Shown here one piece after another: positions 10,159-20,495 of a stretch of 64,000 bases of DNA (positions are counted from its first letter, which is position 1; every line of letters begins with the position of its first letter). The DNA comes from Nitrospirota bacterium. GTDB lineage: Bacteria > Nitrospirota > UBA9217. Position numbers and translations under genes: made by a program. The notes under the pieces are model-generated. The model did not search any database, had not been told where the DNA came from, and worked only from the letters and a program-made list of their open reading frames with translations. The DNA is taken from positions 736,001 to 800,000 of the forward strand of contig CAWJQQ010000001.1 of NCBI GenBank assembly GCA_963845065.1. Reading direction: 5' to 3'.

Positions 10159-10938
10159 ATGAATGACGACAAGCTCGTAATCGCAGGTATTGAATTCCAG
10201 TCGCGTCTTTGGGTCGGCACTGGTAAGTACAAGGACTTTACTGAGACGAGAAAAGCCATTGAGGCGTCCGGCACTGATGTGGTTACAGTGTCCGTACGCC
10301 GGGTGAATATTATCGATAAAAACAAAGAAAACCTGCTAGATTATATCGATCCAAAGAAGTACAAAATCCTGCCAAATACCGCAGGATGCTATACTGCCAA
10401 GGACGCAATTCGTACTGCTATGTTGGCGGCGGAGGCCGGAATCTCAAAGCTCGTGAAGCTCGAAGTGATCGGCGATGATAGAACCCTCTTTCCAGACAAC
10501 GAGGCGACGCTCGAGGCAGCAAAGGTGTTGGTCAAAGAGGGGCTTATCGTATTGCCCTATATAGGTGATGATCCCATCATGGCGAAGAAGCTTGTGGACA
10601 TTGGATGCCCAGCGGTCATGCCGCTTGCCGCTCCCATCGGCTCAGGCCTAGGCATACGGAACCCCTTCAACATCCGGATCATCATGGAAGCCATAAAGGT
10701 GCCTGTGGTTGTCGACGCAGGCGTCGGAACTGCCTCGGATGTTGCACTGGCTATGGAACTTGGCTGTGACGCTGTTCTCCTCAATACGGCGATTGCCGGG
10801 GCCAAGGATCCCATCGCGATGGCCGAGGCCATGAAGTACGGTGTGCTCGGTGGCAGGCTTGCGTACAAGGCAGGGCGGATACCGAAAAAGCTTTACGCCA
10901 CAGCGAGCAGTCCAATTGAAGGATTGATTGGAAGCTAA
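10159..10938 (+). CDS. thiG: Thiazole synthase
   Basis: [34 protein letters not shown]. Confidence 0.97.
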   Translation: MNDDKLVIAGIEFQSRLWVGTGKYKDFTETRKAIEASGTDVVTVSVRRVNIIDKNKENLLDYIDPKKYKILPNTAGCYTAKDAIRTAMLAAEAGISKLVKLEVIGDDRTLFPDNEATLEAAKVLVKEGLIVLPYIGDDPIMAKKLVDIGCPAVMPLAAPIGSGLGIRNPFNIRIIMEAIKVPVVVDAGVGTASDVALAMELGCDAVLLNTAIAGAKDPIAMAEAMKYGVLGGRLAYKAGRIPKKLYATASSPIEGLIGS

Positions 10939-11081
10939 ATCAATTATTGCTAGAGAGACACTGAGGCACAGCGCAGGTTAAGGACTTTCGAAGCAGATGG
11001 AAACTGAGTGATCTTTGGAATTTCAGGATTCCATATTATAACCTCATATTCTAGTACCTTTCACATCTCAGTGACTCCAGG

Positions 11082-11750
11082 GTGGAGGTTTTCTTGCCCG
11101 TTGATTTCAAACTTTACCTGATTACCGATAGGATGCAGACAGCAATGCCGCTTCCCGATGCTGTACGGCTTGCACTTCAAGGTGGTGTCCGGAGTATCCA
11201 GCTTCGGGAGAAGGATCTGTCGATACGGGAACTGCTTGCCCTCTCGCAGGAACTAAGGGTGCTCACAAAAGAGTTCGGTGCAAAGCTTTTCATCAATGAC
11301 CATGTGGATGTTGCCGTTGCTGTTGAGGCGGACGGAGTCCACCTCGGACATCAAAGTATGCCAACACCAGCGGTCAGACATATAATCGGCAAAAAGATGA
11401 TGATTGGTGTATCAACGCACAATATTGAAGAAGCGCGCATCGCTGAATATGACGGCGCTGATTTTGTGACTTTCGGCCCAATTTATGAAACCCCATCAAA
11501 AATTCAAATTAGTGAGCCAGTGGGATTGGAAGCTCTAAGAAGTGTAAAAAAAATGATAGATATACCGATTTTCGCCTTAGGTGGGATAAAAGGCAAAAAC
11601 ATAGGCCATGTTTTATGGGCAGGGGCATATGGCGTTTCCATGATATCTGCTATTTTCGGTGCACAGGATATACGGAAGGCTGCAAAGAATATTACCGCAA
11701 TGGTCCAAATCGTCGACAGGTCGATTTGTGTTCAGTGTGGTCGCAGGTAA
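11082..11750 (+). CDS. thiE: Thiamine-phosphate synthase
   Basis: LYLITD, QLREK, INDHVD, GVHLG, GPIYETPSK. Confidence 0.9.
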   Translation: MEVFLPVDFKLYLITDRMQTAMPLPDAVRLALQGGVRSIQLREKDLSIRELLALSQELRVLTKEFGAKLFINDHVDVAVAVEADGVHLGHQSMPTPAVRHIIGKKMMIGVSTHNIEEARIAEYDGADFVTFGPIYETPSKIQISEPVGLEALRSVKKMIDIPIFALGGIKGKNIGHVLWAGAYGVSMISAIFGAQDIRKAAKNITAMVQIVDRSICVQCGRR

Positions 11751-11798
11751 TGAAAATACAGAGTGCCATAAGGAATCAGGAGCTAAACGAGGTGCAGA

Positions 11799-13118
11799 AT
11801 GACTCAGATACTTGAAGCCCGAAAAGGAAATATCACCCCCGAGATGGAGGCCGTGGCACGCGCCGAGGGTGTTACGCTTGATCATGTTGCCAACGGGGTA
11901 GCAAAGGGCACTATCGTCATCACCAGGAACAACCGACACACGTCTATCACACCGCTAGGCGTTGGAAAGGGACTCAGGACCAAAATCAACGCCAACATCG
12001 GGACCTCTAAGGATCGGATGTCTATTGAAGGTGAGATCGAGAAGCTGAAAACAGCCGTTGCCGCAGGCGCTGATGCCGTCATGGACCTCTCGACAGGCGG
12101 ACCTATTGTCGGTATACGCAAGGAGATTTTGAAGCAATCCACGGTCTCCATAGGTACCGTGCCGATCTATCAGGCTGCAGTCGAGACCGTTGAACAGGGT
12201 AAGCCTATCGTCCAGATGGACCCCGACTTCCTGTTCCGAGTGATTGAGCAGCAGGCAGAAGAAGGTGTGGATTTTATTACCGTGCACTGCGGCGTCACTA
12301 CATCAAGCCTAGAGCGGCTTAAAAAACAGGGCAGAATCATGGACGTTGTCAGCCGGGGAGGTGCTTTTCACATAGAATGGATCATATATAATGATATGGA
12401 AAACCCGTTATTCACTCAGTATGACCGGTTGATCGAGATCGCAAAAAGATACGATGTGACGTTATCGCTCGGCGACGGCATGCGGCCGGGGTGTCTTGCC
12501 GACGCTACGGACCGAGCCCAGATTGAAGAGCTGATCACGCTCGGAGAACTGCGTGACATCGCCCATGAGGCAGGAGTGCAAGTGATGATTGAGGGGCCTG
12601 GCCATGTGCCGATCAACCATATCGAGACGAACATGAAGATCCAGAAGGAACTCTGTAAAGGCGCACCATTCTACGTGCTTGGACCGCTCGTGACCGACGT
12701 GGCTCCCGGTTATGACCATATAACCTCCGCCATCGGTGGGGCCATTGCGGGCGCGGCTGGCGCTGATTTCCTCTGCTATGTAACGCCATCCGAACATCTA
12801 CGGTTGCCGGACCTTGATGATGTACGAGAAGGAGTTATCGCTTCCCGGATTGCGGCCCATGCTGCGGATATTGCCAAGGGTGTGAAAGGTGCAATGGATT
12901 GGGACAATGAAATGGCACGGCGGCGCAAGGCGCTTGATTGGAAAGGCCAGATCGAGCTGTCAGTTAATCCCGAACGAGCGCGAAAACTGCGCGAATCGAG
13001 CATGCCGAAAGAATCCGATGTCTGTACCATGTGCGGCGAGTTTTGTTCTATGAAGGGCATGTCGCAGTACCTAAAGAAAGAAGAGAGTGGTCGTAAAACA
13101 GAAGTCAGAAAACCGTAG
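11799..13118 (+). CDS. thiC: Phosphomethylpyrimidine synthase
   Basis: KINANIGTS, MDLSTGG, EGPGH, C-terminal CTMCGEFC. Confidence 0.97.
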   Translation: MTQILEARKGNITPEMEAVARAEGVTLDHVANGVAKGTIVITRNNRHTSITPLGVGKGLRTKINANIGTSKDRMSIEGEIEKLKTAVAAGADAVMDLSTGGPIVGIRKEILKQSTVSIGTVPIYQAAVETVEQGKPIVQMDPDFLFRVIEQQAEEGVDFITVHCGVTTSSLERLKKQGRIMDVVSRGGAFHIEWIIYNDMENPLFTQYDRLIEIAKRYDVTLSLGDGMRPGCLADATDRAQIEELITLGELRDIAHEAGVQVMIEGPGHVPINHIETNMKIQKELCKGAPFYVLGPLVTDVAPGYDHITSAIGGAIAGAAGADFLCYVTPSEHLRLPDLDDVREGVIASRIAAHAADIAKGVKGAMDWDNEMARRRKALDWKGQIELSVNPERARKLRESSMPKESDVCTMCGEFCSMKGMSQYLKKEESGRKTEVRKP

Positions 13119-13147
13119 GACAATACCTATCTACGTGAGGTACCAAA

Positions 13148-13999
13148 ATGGATAGATTCAAGACAATCTTTATTCTCACAGCGATTTTATGCCTGCCATA
13201 CATTGTTCATGCGCAGGGAAATACACTTAAGCCTGAGATTATAGTTGAACCGACGACACCCGCACCGGGTGATCTTTTTGTCGTCACGGTCAAAAACTTC
13301 AGAGGGCCGCTTGAAGGGAAATTTAACGGGAAGAAAATTTATTTTAATCCTTCAAAAGAAACGCTCAAGGCAATTATTGCAGTCGATTACTTTACTGAAC
13401 CCGGAAAATACGATTTGGAAATTTCTTCACATGGGGCTGATTTTAAACAGATGGTGGAGGTTATCAAGAAAGAATATGAGGTCCAGCAGTTGACCCTTCC
13501 CAAGCACATGGTGGAACTATCCGCCAAGGACGAGGCGCGCGCCGAACGGGACCAGCGCAAAATGGAGGCTATTTGGCCTATCGAAACCAGTCGTTCATGG
13601 ACGGGGGATTTTATCAATCCCCTTAAAGGCGAGATTATAACGCCCTTTGGCGTCCGACGAATAATCAATAAAATTCCGAAGAGCCCACACTCCGGTGTAG
13701 ACGTCAGAGGGCATAAGGGTGATAAAATAATCGCGCCGAACAATGCTACCGTGGCCCTGATCGACAAACAGTTCTTCGCCGGCAAAGCGCTGGTGCTAAA
13801 CCACGGCCAGGGCATCTATACCATGTTCTTTCATCTCTCCAAGGTTCTTGTCAAACTAGGACAGTCAGTCAAAAAAGGTGATGTCATTGCGCTTGTGGGT
13901 GCCACGGGCCGCGCCACGGGACCGCACCTGCATTGGGGAGTACGCGTGCAGGGAGCTCGTGTTGATCCGTTGGAACTGATTCATCTGAAGTTGGAATGA
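13148..13999 (+). CDS. Secreted M23 family metallopeptidase
   Basis: Signal peptide; HSGVD and GPHLHW. Confidence 0.9.
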   Translation: MDRFKTIFILTAILCLPYIVHAQGNTLKPEIIVEPTTPAPGDLFVVTVKNFRGPLEGKFNGKKIYFNPSKETLKAIIAVDYFTEPGKYDLEISSHGADFKQMVEVIKKEYEVQQLTLPKHMVELSAKDEARAERDQRKMEAIWPIETSRSWTGDFINPLKGEIITPFGVRRIINKIPKSPHSGVDVRGHKGDKIIAPNNATVALIDKQFFAGKALVLNHGQGIYTMFFHLSKVLVKLGQSVKKGDVIALVGATGRATGPHLHWGVRVQGARVDPLELIHLKLE

Positions 14000-14072
14000 G
14001 ACAGGGCTTACCACTCAGATGAGAAGACGCTCCACAAAATCATAGTGGTCTAGGTAGTGGAAAAAAAAGAGC

Positions 14073-14840
14073 ATGAGAAAAGTCCTCTCCATAGCCGGTT
14101 CAGACCCTTCATCCGGTGCAGGCATCCAGTCTGACCTGAAAACATTCCAGGCCCTCCATGTTTTCGGGATGGCCTTGCCTGCCGCGCTAACGATTCAGAA
14201 CAGTCGGGGTGTCTACGGTGTTAAAAGCATAGCTCCGGACATCCTGTTAAAACAGCTTGACACCCTCCTTGCCGATATCAAGCCAGATGCAGTAAAGACC
14301 GGCATGCTCTTGACCAAACAGAATGTTGAAGTCGTTGCAACGGCCATCAAGAAATTTTCGATCAAAGGCCTCGTGGTTGATCCTGTGCTGAAATCAAGCT
14401 CAGGCAAACCCCTGCTTCAGCGTGCAGCTATTACATCACTCATTGGAAAACTATTTCCTCTGGCGATGATCGTTACGCCGAATATTCCCGAGGCAGAAGC
14501 TTTGGCAGGAATGGCGATAACTTCGGAAGGGGACAGGGATTACGCAGCAGGACGTATCCTTGATACGGGACCGGCATATGTCCTCATAAAAGGCGGCCAC
14601 CGCATCGGTCCGGCAGCTGACATGCTTTATGGAGGCAAATTTGTGCTCAGCTTTTCCACATCACGAAAGAGAGGCAAGTTTCATGGGACGGGGTGTGTTC
14701 TTTCCTCAGCAATAGCGGTGTTCATTGCTATGGGATTGCCTGTGGAAAAGGCTGTGGAGAAAGCAAAACAGTTTGTGGATAAGATGTTGAAAACCGCAGA
14801 ACCACTGGGAAGGAGTAAGATGAAATACTTTCAGTTCTAA
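14073..14840 (+). CDS. thiD: HMP/HMP-P kinase
   Basis: IAGSDPSSGAGIQSD, TPNIPEA, KGGH, HGTGC. Confidence 0.93.
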   Translation: MRKVLSIAGSDPSSGAGIQSDLKTFQALHVFGMALPAALTIQNSRGVYGVKSIAPDILLKQLDTLLADIKPDAVKTGMLLTKQNVEVVATAIKKFSIKGLVVDPVLKSSSGKPLLQRAAITSLIGKLFPLAMIVTPNIPEAEALAGMAITSEGDRDYAAGRILDTGPAYVLIKGGHRIGPAADMLYGGKFVLSFSTSRKRGKFHGTGCVLSSAIAVFIAMGLPVEKAVEKAKQFVDKMLKTAEPLGRSKMKYFQF

Positions 14841-15012
14841 TTTTCTACCACTGAAGCAACGAGAAAATCTTTTGACATGGATTTCGCCGATTATTGATGA
14901 TGAATCGGCAATGATAAAATCAATTATTGTTTAACTCTGTCATCGTTTAGCTATCCTATATGTCCTTTGCGTCTTAGCGGGCAAATTGACTTGTTCATGG
15001 GGGGGTATCTAC

Positions 15013-15720
15013 ATGCGCGTAGATGGTAGGAAGACGGACGAGCTCCGCAAACTGACGATAAGACGGAACTATATTAAATCCGCCGAAGGCGCAGTGCTGA
15101 TCGAGATGGGCGACACCAAGGTCATCTGTACGGCAACGGTGGATAATTCTGTTCCGTCCTTTCTTCGAGGCAAAGGCACAGGCTGGGTGACCGCTGAATA
15201 CGCAATGTTGCCGCGCTCCTCTCCTCAGCGTATCCAGCGCGAACGGAGCAAGGTGGGCGGTCGCACGCATGAGATTCAACGGCTCATTGGTAGATCACTC
15301 CGTTCTGTCGTGGATATGACCGCACTTGGAGAACGCTCGGTGCTGATTGACTGCGATGTGGTCCAGGCTGACGGCGGAACGCGGACAGCATCGATCACGG
15401 GAGCATACGTTGCATTGGTGGATGCACTCCGTCATATCCAGAAACAGGGACTGATCGAAGCTGTCCCGGTAATTGACTATCTTGCTGCGATCAGCGTCGG
15501 TATCGTGGACGGAAAACCAATGCTCGATCTTTGCTATGAAGAGGACTCGACCGCGGAGGTTGATATGAATCTGGTCATGACGGGCAAAGGCGGAGTTGTG
15601 GAACTGCAGGGCACGGCGGAAGGCAAGCCGTTCTCGAAAAATGAGCTGAGTAAGCTCCTGACCCTCGGAGAGAAAGGAATCAAGGAGCTGGTAGAGAAGC
15701 AGAAAGTCCTGCTCAAATGA
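15013..15720 (+). CDS. rph: Ribonuclease PH
   Basis: [31 protein letters not shown]. Confidence 0.95.
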   Translation: MRVDGRKTDELRKLTIRRNYIKSAEGAVLIEMGDTKVICTATVDNSVPSFLRGKGTGWVTAEYAMLPRSSPQRIQRERSKVGGRTHEIQRLIGRSLRSVVDMTALGERSVLIDCDVVQADGGTRTASITGAYVALVDALRHIQKQGLIEAVPVIDYLAAISVGIVDGKPMLDLCYEEDSTAEVDMNLVMTGKGGVVELQGTAEGKPFSKNELSKLLTLGEKGIKELVEKQKVLLK

Positions 15721-16274
15721 TGGCGCTTCTCACATCAATGGTGATTGTGTTTCTCGCAGAGATTGGCGGCAAGACGCAGCTCTTGGCTATGGCCCTTAAT
15801 TAGAGGTTTCGCCGGCAGACGGTCATGCCTGGCGTTTTCGTTGCGATCACCCTGAAGCATCTCGTCGCCGTGTATGTTGGTAATTATCTCACGAATATCA
15901 TTCCACTTCACTTCATCAAGATCTCTGCAGCAGTGTCATTCCTCATCGTCGGTCTTTGGACCATCAAATGCGACAGGCTTGAGGAAAAGACCAATCGATT
16001 CAACTTTAGTTCATTTTGGAGTGTGACGATAGCGTTCTTTCTAGCCGAAATGGCGGACAATACCCAGCTCGCTACGGTTAAGCTTGTTGCCGAGTTCAAC
16101 TCCGTAGTCCCTGTATAGGCCGGGACCACGATGGGAATGTTTGTTGCTGACGGTGTTGGGATCATCGTCGGCATCCTTCTGCACAAAGCGTTGCCGGGAA
16201 AACTGATTAAGTGGTTTAAGGCGCTGGTTCATCGCCTTGGTGTGTGGGGACTATATGTTTCGGTGACTTTATGA
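15717..16274 (+). pseudogene. TMEM165/GDT1 (UPF0016) Mn/Ca transporter pseudogene
   Basis: One frame with two in-frame TAG stops; both ExGDKT motifs degenerate (EIGGKT, EMADNT). Confidence 0.8.
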
Positions 16275-16583
16275 TGTGCGAAATGACTCGGTTGTTAATA
16301 TCTGATTTAAAAAACCTCATCTCTCACCATTCCTCTATATTTATGGAAATGAATACCGGATTTCATGTTTCCGCTTGACAAATAAAGCCCCAGGGCTTAA
16401 TGTTAAACAACTGTTTTAAAATATCAAAAACAATCTTTCCATAAGTAAACAAAGACTTGTATGACTATCTGGTCTTTGCTTCTTATACTATTCAGGTGTG
16501 GTTGCAGAAGTGTTATAAATCCAATGAGAGTGACAAGCCGGGTAGTTAAATAATTTTAGCACGATCATAAGTGAATACTATTT

Positions 16584-17381
16584 ATGAAAAGAGAAAAAGT
16601 CAATTATTCGATCCAGTCAGTGTCGCATGCGCTCGATATTCTTGAATCTTTCACCAAGACCGAGGACGAACTTGGTGTGACGGCGTTATCGAAGCGGCTG
16701 GATCTACATAAGAATAATGTATTTAGGCTGCTGGCCACGCTCGAATATCGAGGGTACATTGAGCAGAACCCTGCCACAGAAAATTATCGGCTAGGTGTGA
16801 AGACCCTCCAGATCGGGTCGATCTTCATCGAACAGCGTGAATGCCGCCGGCAGGCGCGGCCAATCCTCGAAAACCTAACGGCAACATCCGGCGAAACAAC
16901 AGTCGTGGCCGTCCTGCGCGGGAATAAGATCATTTACATGGACGGCGTGGAAACGGACAAAACCGTTCGTGCGGTTTCACATATCGGCGCCCTGCTGCCT
17001 GCACATTGCACTGCCGTCGGAAAGGTCCAACTGGCCCAGTTGTCTCCTGCCGAAATCGAGCGTCTCTATCCTGACCAAATGCTGTCTACGATGACCGACC
17101 GTAGCATTAAAACCCGCGATACTCTGCTGGCTGAGTTGAAGAGCGTTGTCGACCGAGGTTATTCCTTCGAGAACGAGGAATCAGAAACCGATGTGCGGGG
17201 CATCTCTGTTGCGGTGAAGGATTATTCAAAAAACGTAATTGCTGCAATCGGCATTACAGCACCAATAAGCCGTCTGACAGACGAACGACTGGAAAAAGGG
17301 GGCATCATCAACTTACTACTGGAATCAGGTCAGGCGCTTTCAGCGAAACTGGGCTTCATCACAGCTGTAGCGAAAAAGTAG
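16584..17381 (+). CDS. IclR-family transcriptional regulator
   Basis: N-terminal HTH (FRLLATL..GYIEQ..YRLG); PAHCTAVGK effector domain. Confidence 0.93.
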   Translation: MKREKVNYSIQSVSHALDILESFTKTEDELGVTALSKRLDLHKNNVFRLLATLEYRGYIEQNPATENYRLGVKTLQIGSIFIEQRECRRQARPILENLTATSGETTVVAVLRGNKIIYMDGVETDKTVRAVSHIGALLPAHCTAVGKVQLAQLSPAEIERLYPDQMLSTMTDRSIKTRDTLLAELKSVVDRGYSFENEESETDVRGISVAVKDYSKNVIAAIGITAPISRLTDERLEKGGIINLLLESGQALSAKLGFITAVAKK

Positions 17382-17461
17382 TATTTCTCAGGGCAGTCGG
17401 TCGTTTCAGATAGTTCAAGAATGGTTGACACTCCTCTTTGTGCTATGCTATTATCCGCCAG

Positions 17462-18331
17462 ATGGTAATTGGACAAAAATTAGAACTTCTTGAAGCGCTG
17501 CTCAAGGAGATGGGTGTCGCTGTACTCGCCTACTCTGGCGGTGTGGATAGTTCGCTCCTTCTAAGAGCCGCGTCGGAGGTCATGGGCCCTCGCCTGATTG
17601 CGGTGACAGCAGTTTCCGAGACCTATCCGGCCGGTGAACTGCTTTCCGCTGAGGAGTTCGCGCGCATGTTGGGAGTGACGCATAAGGTCCTCCATACGGA
17701 AGAGCTTTCATCGGAAGACTTCGTAAAGAATACGCCGGAACGGTGCTACCATTGCAAGAGCGAACTTTTTGCAAAACTCAGGCGGATTGCCGATAGTCAG
17801 GGCATCGCTTTTGTTATAGAGGGGTCGAACACAGATGATCTGAAAGATTATCGACCGGGTAGAAAAGCCGCCCAAGAGTTCGGTCTTCGGAGTCCACTCG
17901 TCGAAGCTGGGTTTTCAAAGACCGATGTCCGCGAATGTGCACGCATGCTGCATCTCCCGGTGTGGGACAAGCCATCCCTCGCCTGCCTTTCTTCCCGCAT
18001 TCCCTATGGAATCAGGATCACCCCCGAGATATTGCAAATTGTTCAGGCCGCGGAGGACCAATTACGCGCTCACGGGTTCAGGCAGGTCCGCGTCCGGCAT
18101 CACGGCGATATCGCACGGATCGAAGTAGCGAGGCAGGATTTCACAAAGCTGTTTTCCAACGATATCATGGGAGCAATCACAGCAGCATTTAAAAAACTAG
18201 GCTATACCTATGTCTGTCTGGACCTTGATGGATACCGGACAGGAAGCATGAATGAGAATCTTCAGAAGAAAGTAGTCACTGGCCAGCAGGTGGCAGGAAA
18301 AGATAATCTTTTATCCAGGTCTCCTGAATAA
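17462..18331 (+). CDS. larE: LarE-like ATP-dependent sulfur transferase (PP-loop)
   Basis: AYSGGVDS, RCYHCK, ACLSSRIPYG, QVRVRHHG. Confidence 0.85.
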   Translation: MVIGQKLELLEALLKEMGVAVLAYSGGVDSSLLLRAASEVMGPRLIAVTAVSETYPAGELLSAEEFARMLGVTHKVLHTEELSSEDFVKNTPERCYHCKSELFAKLRRIADSQGIAFVIEGSNTDDLKDYRPGRKAAQEFGLRSPLVEAGFSKTDVRECARMLHLPVWDKPSLACLSSRIPYGIRITPEILQIVQAAEDQLRAHGFRQVRVRHHGDIARIEVARQDFTKLFSNDIMGAITAAFKKLGYTYVCLDLDGYRTGSMNENLQKKVVTGQQVAGKDNLLSRSPE

Positions 18332-18377
18332 TACCTACCAGCTACCATAGCATTGCGAAATTTCAAGGAGTGAATCT

Positions 18378-19655
18378 ATGAAGGTGCTTGTCATCGGTGG
18401 TGGCGGCAGGGAACATGCGTTGGTTTGGAAAATAGCACAGAGCCCGAAAGTCACGAAAATATACGCAGCACCGGGAAATGCCGGCATCGCGCAGCTTGCC
18501 GAATGCATCCCGGTCAAGGCTGAGGATATCCCCGGCCTTCTGGTATTCGCCAAGGCCAAGTCCATGGACCTCACTATCGTGGGTCCGGAAGGACCACTCT
18601 CTTTAGGCATTGTGGATGAGTTTACGAAAGCAGGGCTTCGCGTCTTCGGCCCGAGTGGCAAGGCGGCCGAAATAGAGGCAAGCAAGAGGTTTTCCAAAGA
18701 TCTCATGAGGAAGTATCACATCCCTACAGCGGAGTATAGTGTGTTTACTGAGAAGGCCTCGGCAGAGGCTTACGTGCGTGAGAAGGGCGCGCCTGTAGTC
18801 GTAAAGGCCGATGGTTTAGCCGCTGGAAAGGGTGTTGTGGTTGCTGAAACGGTGGAGGAGGCCTTAAAGGCTCTGGACCTTATTATGATCAACAAGGCTT
18901 TCGGCGCGGCAGGTGACCGTGTTTTGATCGAAGAATGCCTCAAGGGAGAAGAAGCTTCATTCATGGCCTTCTCGGACGGAAAGACAGTGGTACCCATGGC
19001 GTCGTCACAAGACCATAAACGCGTGTTCGATGGAGACAAAGGGCCGAACACAGGCGGCATGGGAGCTTATTCTCCGGCGCCAGTAGTCACCAAAAAGCTG
19101 GAGTGGAAGGTCATGGAAACTATCATGGTCCCCACGGTGCGGGCTATGGAAAAAGAAGGACGGTTGTTCAAAGGAGTGCTGTATGCCGGTCTCATGATCC
19201 ATGATGGTGAAGCTAAGGTCCTGGAGTTCAACGCTCGATTCGGTGATCCAGAGACTCAGCCAATCATGGCACGGCTCGATACGGACCTTATCGATATTAT
19301 CGAGGCTATCCTTGCGGGATCCCTGTCAAAGATCGAAATTAAATGGAAACCCGATTCCGCGGTCTGCGTGGTCATGGCCTCGGGAGGCTATCCCGGCAGC
19401 TACGAAAAAGGCAAGATCATCTCCGGTCTCGAGAATGCCGCAAAATTGAACAATGTATCGGTATTTCACGCCGGGACCGCGTTTAAGGACGGCAAGATTG
19501 TGACAGACGGCGGGAGGGTGCTCGGCGTGACCGGCCTCGGTCCGGTTGTTGCCGCTGCCATCGATAATGCATACAGGGGCATTCGGGAGATCACTTACGA
19601 CGGCGCGCACTACCGAAGGGATATCGGGGCGCGGGCTCTTGAGACGGGGAATTAG
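18378..19655 (+). CDS. purD: Phosphoribosylamine--glycine ligase
   Basis: GGGGREHA, KADGLAAGKGV, GPNTGGMGAYSP, EFNARFGDPE. Confidence 0.97.
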   Translation: MKVLVIGGGGREHALVWKIAQSPKVTKIYAAPGNAGIAQLAECIPVKAEDIPGLLVFAKAKSMDLTIVGPEGPLSLGIVDEFTKAGLRVFGPSGKAAEIEASKRFSKDLMRKYHIPTAEYSVFTEKASAEAYVREKGAPVVVKADGLAAGKGVVVAETVEEALKALDLIMINKAFGAAGDRVLIEECLKGEEASFMAFSDGKTVVPMASSQDHKRVFDGDKGPNTGGMGAYSPAPVVTKKLEWKVMETIMVPTVRAMEKEGRLFKGVLYAGLMIHDGEAKVLEFNARFGDPETQPIMARLDTDLIDIIEAILAGSLSKIEIKWKPDSAVCVVMASGGYPGSYEKGKIISGLENAAKLNNVSVFHAGTAFKDGKIVTDGGRVLGVTGLGPVVAAAIDNAYRGIREITYDGAHYRRDIGARALETGN

Positions 19656-19667
19656 CGGAATCAACTA

Positions 19668-20453
19668 GTGCGAAGAGTACAGTGCATAACGAAATGGCCG
19701 ACGATACGGAATGTCGTCAGCTTTCTGAATGAGGAGTTGCGGGTCAGAAAAATCAAGGATGCTTCCCTAAACGGCCTGCAGGTGGGGGTCCGTACGGATT
19801 GCGCGCTAGAACGAGTCGGTTTCGCTGTCGATGCATGTATCTCTACTTTTGAGAAAGCACAGAAGCTTGGTGTTAACCTTATCGTCGTGCATCATGGTAT
19901 TAAATGGAGACCCCAAAAGGATCACAACCTCGAGAAAAATCGGGAAGCGTATCTGAAAAAGCACAACCTGGCGCTTTATGCCGCGCATTTGCCGCTAGAT
20001 CTCCATGGGGAATACGGGAATAACGTACAGCTTTCCCGTTTGCTAGGACTGAAGAATCTACGTAAATTCGGAAAGTATCATGGAATTAAGATCGGTTATG
20101 CGGGTATCGTCAAGGGGACAACCACCCTTGATGATCTTGCAATGATTCTCAAGAAACAGTTAAAAACGACCAGCAGGGTGTTCCGCTTCGGCAAGGGGCG
20201 TATTCGCACCGTGGGAATAGTGTCCGGCGGTGGCGGCAGCTTACTGAACGACGCCGTTCAGGAACAGCTAGATTGCTTTGTGGTCGGAGAGATCGATCTA
20301 GCGACGCACAACGCAGCGAAAGATTTTGGTATAAACCTCATCGTTGCAGGCCACTATACAACGGAAACTGTCGGCGTAAAGGCATTAATGCGACTTGTGG
20401 GAGACGTGTTCGGCATTGAGACGGTCTTTATAGACGATGCAAAAGATTTGTAA
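19668..20453 (+). CDS. Nif3-like dinuclear metal protein
   Basis: NGLQV, VHHG, HLPLD, AGHYTTE. Confidence 0.9.
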   Translation: MRRVQCITKWPTIRNVVSFLNEELRVRKIKDASLNGLQVGVRTDCALERVGFAVDACISTFEKAQKLGVNLIVVHHGIKWRPQKDHNLEKNREAYLKKHNLALYAAHLPLDLHGEYGNNVQLSRLLGLKNLRKFGKYHGIKIGYAGIVKGTTTLDDLAMILKKQLKTTSRVFRFGKGRIRTVGIVSGGGGSLLNDAVQEQLDCFVVGEIDLATHNAAKDFGINLIVAGHYTTETVGVKALMRLVGDVFGIETVFIDDAKDL

Positions 20454-20495
20454 CATTACTGGATTCTCATAAACAACTTGATGAAGGGAGTACTC

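Noticed and set aside
15717..16274. Two in-frame TAG codons as pyrrolysine or amber recoding
   Set aside because: Both ExGDKT motifs are also mutated, one TAG plausibly derives from TGG, and TAG is a normal stop elsewhere in the window
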